Origin: Candidatus Cloacimonadales bacterium
Lineage (GTDB): Bacteria > Cloacimonadota > Cloacimonadia > Cloacimonadales > JAIOQZ01
Assembly: GCA_963674825.1 (NCBI GenBank)
Contig: OY771587.1
Coordinates: forward strand, 3,136,001 to 3,200,000
Length of the DNA stretch: 64,000 nucleotides
Reading direction: 5' to 3'
This document shows, piece after piece, positions 62,681 through 64,000 of the stretch. Below the pieces are notes generated by a model. The model did no database searches. It was not told where the DNA came from and worked only from the letters and a program-made list of their open reading frames with translations. Position 1 is the stretch's first letter; the number at the start of each line of letters is the position of its first letter. Position numbers and translations under genes: made by a program.

Positions 62681-63655
62681 TTAAGCTTTCGGTGGAACGT
62701 ATACTACCACCTGATTCATGCCCTGTGTTTTCCCCTGAACGAGTGCTTTTTCTGCTTCCGCGATACTGATGTCGGTTCCTTTTTCCGGGTCAAATCCCGA
62801 GATACCGAAGGTGAGGGTAACCGATAGATTTCCTTCCCGGTAATCATAGGAGTTCGATTCGATACGGCTGCGGATTTTCTCGGCGACAACGGTTGCGCCC
62901 CGTGGATTAGTCTGTGGGAGCAGCATCAGGAAACGTTCGCCACCCCAGCGGCTTACGATATCCTGCTTGCGAATGGAATCGCGGATCATCTCGGCGATTG
63001 CCTTGAGGACATATTCTGCTGTGGGCATCCCGTGTTCGGTTCGAATATCGTCGAAGTCGTCGATTTCGCAAACGATAAAGGTGAAATCGATTCGATTTCG
63101 CTCGTAACGGATTTCTTCATACTTGATCCGTTCGATCATGGAATTCTTGGTGGGCAAGCCGGTTATTGCATCATGAGGTGCGATTGCCTCAAGCTTGGCA
63201 ATCGTTTCATTCAGTTTACGGTTAGCCTTTTCAATCTCCTTCTGGTGACCTTGATGCTGTTTGTTTCTCCGCATTAGAATCACGACCAGGGTGACAATCA
63301 AGAGAATGAAGAATGAAATACCAGCAACGATTGCAATCCGGACTTTCATGTATTTCATCTGATTTTCTTCGTTCAGCCGTTCATTTTTTATCCGGTAAAG
63401 CTTGAATGTGTCATCAATAGCTTCGATAGCTTTCTGGCGTGCACCAAGCTGGTTATAACGATCAAAGAGCGCTCGAAGGACCATGATCTCAGCTTCGATA
63501 TCTTTGTCTTTCTGTGCTATCTCACGCGCAATTATAAGCTGCTCTACAGCGGTTGAATCGGGCATGGATTTTGTTTGATCGATAAGCTCGGCAATCGAAG
63601 TTGCCTGAAGGAAGCCCACTACCAAGAGCAGCGCTATAATCAGTTTAATTTTCAT
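62681..63655 (-). CDS. Membrane-anchored degenerate GGDEF-domain protein
   Basis: Signal peptide MKIKLII..., TM, coiled coil, DAITGLP, RKQDIVSRWGGERF. Confidence 0.85.
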   Translation of the reverse strand: MKIKLIIALLLVVGFLQATSIAELIDQTKSMPDSTAVEQLIIAREIAQKDKDIEAEIMVLRALFDRYNQLGARQKAIEAIDDTFKLYRIKNERLNEENQMKYMKVRIAIVAGISFFILLIVTLVVILMRRNKQHQGHQKEIEKANRKLNETIAKLEAIAPHDAITGLPTKNSMIERIKYEEIRYERNRIDFTFIVCEIDDFDDIRTEHGMPTAEYVLKAIAEMIRDSIRKQDIVSRWGGERFLMLLPQTNPRGATVVAEKIRSRIESNSYDYREGNLSVTLTFGISGFDPEKGTDISIAEAEKALVQGKTQGMNQVVVYVPPKA

Positions 63656-63924
63656 TCTGACTCCGTAAACATTGAGTGATTTCAATAAATGTGAACAGGT
63701 CGGATTATGGCAAATGATTTCTTGATCCTCACCACCAAGAGGTTCTTCAGCACCAGGCGACAGAACAAATATTGCCTCACATACACGGATCAGAATCTCG
63801 GGATCAGATGCGCTGAGAGTAACAATATTCATGGTATTACGGTACCGGGTTTCTCGGGAAAAATCGTCAGTTTGGCTGAAGTTCATTGACAGCATGAAAA
63901 AACATGGATTTTTGGGATTTAAGT

Positions 63925-64000
63925 ATGAAACCAGAATTTAGCAATGATATCGAAGAGAAATTGATGCAGTTCCTGCTGAAGACAGGTGAAGAACCACTTC
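63925..64000 (+). CDS. Possible 5' end of a gene running off the window
   Basis: MKPEFSNDIEEKLMQFLLKTGEEPL is open to the edge; TTGACA at 63886. Confidence 0.3.
   Translation, partial: MKPEFSNDIEEKLMQFLLKTGEEPL

Noticed and set aside
63656..63895. N-terminal extension of the GGDEF ORF and the 60-aa plus-strand ORF 63707-63889
   Set aside because: The signal peptide begins at 63655 after a GGAG RBS; neither stretch has recognisable features, though a small gene cannot be excluded.

Overview
A gene-dense bacterial window. The many secreted proteins ending in an 'NYPNPFNP...GVYFYRL...K' FlgD-Ig/T9SS-like C-terminal domain, together with anaerobe-type redox genes, suggest an FCB-group organism such as Cloacimonadota (inference). 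Housekeeping and metabolic genes: alr (partial), tag, tRNA-Asn, a GldA/F/G-like ABC operon, a xanthine-dehydrogenase-family cluster, a macrodomain protein, dinG, a GT9 transferase, alaS and a sarcosine-oxidase/proline-dehydrogenase-like pair. No integrase, transposase, reverse transcriptase or CRISPR array was seen. The best candidate for an undescribed system is a set of signalling proteins lacking catalytic output. Three tandem cytoplasmic TPR proteins and one HAMP-PAS membrane protein all end in an intact histidine-kinase H-box/DHp domain plus a short conserved tail, with no ATPase domain. The window also has a free-standing TtrS-type sensor domain, an output-less TPR membrane protein and a degenerate GGDEF protein that keeps its I-site. 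A 1421-aa STAND-TPR-GAF sigma-54 activator is present, and three non-coding sites share a variant sigma-54 motif (GGAA(C/T)(G/A)-N4-TTGCA). Other points: three tandem ~960-aa secreted repeat proteins with a recent gene-conversion tract, mosaics of REP-like palindromes, and a frameshifted lipoprotein gene. All family calls come from motif recognition by eye; no database search was run.
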